Assembly (NCBI GenBank): GCA_031547365.1 | Contig: JAVBSB010000052.1 | Location: forward strand, 1 to 24,475 | Length of the DNA: 24,475 nt | Reading direction: 5' to 3' | Source of the DNA: Oscillospiraceae bacterium | Lineage (GTDB): Bacteria > Bacillota > Clostridia > Oscillospirales > Acutalibacteraceae | Shown here: piece after piece, positions 23,851 through 24,475 of the stretch | Numbering within the stretch: position 1 is the stretch's first letter | Layout of the letters: each line of letters starts with the position of its first letter | Position numbers and translations under genes: made by a program | The notes under the pieces: model-generated | The model's input: the letters and a program-made list of their open reading frames with translations, nothing else | The model's database searches: none | Told to the model about the DNA's origin: nothing

Positions 23851-23884
23851 AAAACCCTGCGGGTTAACGCAGGGTTGATTTTTT
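23851..23884. terminator. Bidirectional intrinsic terminator
   Basis: AACCCTGCG (23853-23861) / CGCAGGGTT (23868-23876), with A- and T-rich flanks, between convergent genes. Confidence 0.75.
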
Positions 23885-23894
23885 ATACAAGTAA

Positions 23895-24475
23895 TTATTT
23901 CATGATCAGATATTCGGCGGGGATGGTTTTGCGCAGCAACGTTTCGATGTAGCTATAATTGAATCGGCTGTCGCGTCCGCGCACGCCGTGGCTGCCTGCC
24001 ATAGCAGAGGTGTAATTTTTCCACTGCACCAGGTGTACGTTGCTGAACCGCGCGCCATATTGCGTGACGATGGGATAAAAGCGCGGGACCGTGACTGTGA
24101 TATCTTGCCCGGTCATTGTTACAGTGAGCTCCAGCACACCGCTGATCAGGTTGGGCGCCTGCGCCTGCCCTGAGACAAAATTCCCAAGCGAATAAGCAAC
24201 AAAGGCTTGCCCGCCGCCGGGCTTTTGCAAAAACTCCATCGTTTGAAGCACATGCGGGTGCGTGCCTAAAATAAGGTCTACGCCCCAATCCACAAGCTTT
24301 TGCGCCAGAACGCGCTGTGCGTCCGATACAATCTGAGAATCCTCGTTACCCCAGTGCATCATAGCGACGACAACGTCAGAATTATTTTTTGCGATTTCCA
24401 CTGCGCGTTGCAGGCGTTCTTCTTCCGCCAGCAGCGGCAGAACCAGCTCGCTGCTCTGCGGCAGCCGAAGCCCGT
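23895..24475 (-). CDS. CapA-family (PGA_cap) metallophosphoesterase, C-terminal part (partial)
   Basis: MHWGNE, GVDLILGTHPHVLQ and YSLGNF. The frame stays open to the window end. Confidence 0.9.
   Translation of the reverse strand, partial: GLRLPQSSELVLPLLAEEERLQRAVEIAKNNSDVVVAMMHWGNEDSQIVSDAQRVLAQKLVDWGVDLILGTHPHVLQTMEFLQKPGGGQAFVAYSLGNFVSGQAQAPNLISGVLELTVTMTGQDITVTVPRFYPIVTQYGARFSNVHLVQWKNYTSAMAGSHGVRGRDSRFNYSYIETLLRKTIPAEYLIMK

Overview
Chromosomal window from a Clostridia-like Firmicute (inferred from the SCIFF ranthipeptide locus, SigH-like sigma factor, class B sortase and SigA-type promoters). No mobile element, CRISPR array or rRNA was seen. Left to right: partial Smr-domain gene, an OmpR-type two-component pair, an orphan lipoprotein, then a six-gene minus-strand operon (sipW, BsaA/TasA-like subunit, large repeat adhesin, second BsaA-like subunit, a protein with both a SipW-type N-terminus and an SPKTG sorting signal, class B sortase). 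Next are a stand-alone 1087-aa fusion of a radical-SAM activating enzyme to a glycyl radical enzyme and a plus-strand trio (DivIVA-domain protein, SipW paralogue lacking its catalytic residues, membrane-tethered BsaA-like paralogue). The rest is pdxK-ECF S-maf-remB, a sodium:solute symporter, a SigH-like sigma factor, a 60-nt tRNA-like element before a zinc-ribbon gene, scfA/scfB with a variant precursor, and a partial CapA-family gene. Best candidates for new biology: the two-part SipW-fibre system, the activase-GRE fusion, and the tRNA-like element. Family calls come from motif recognition by eye, not database searches.
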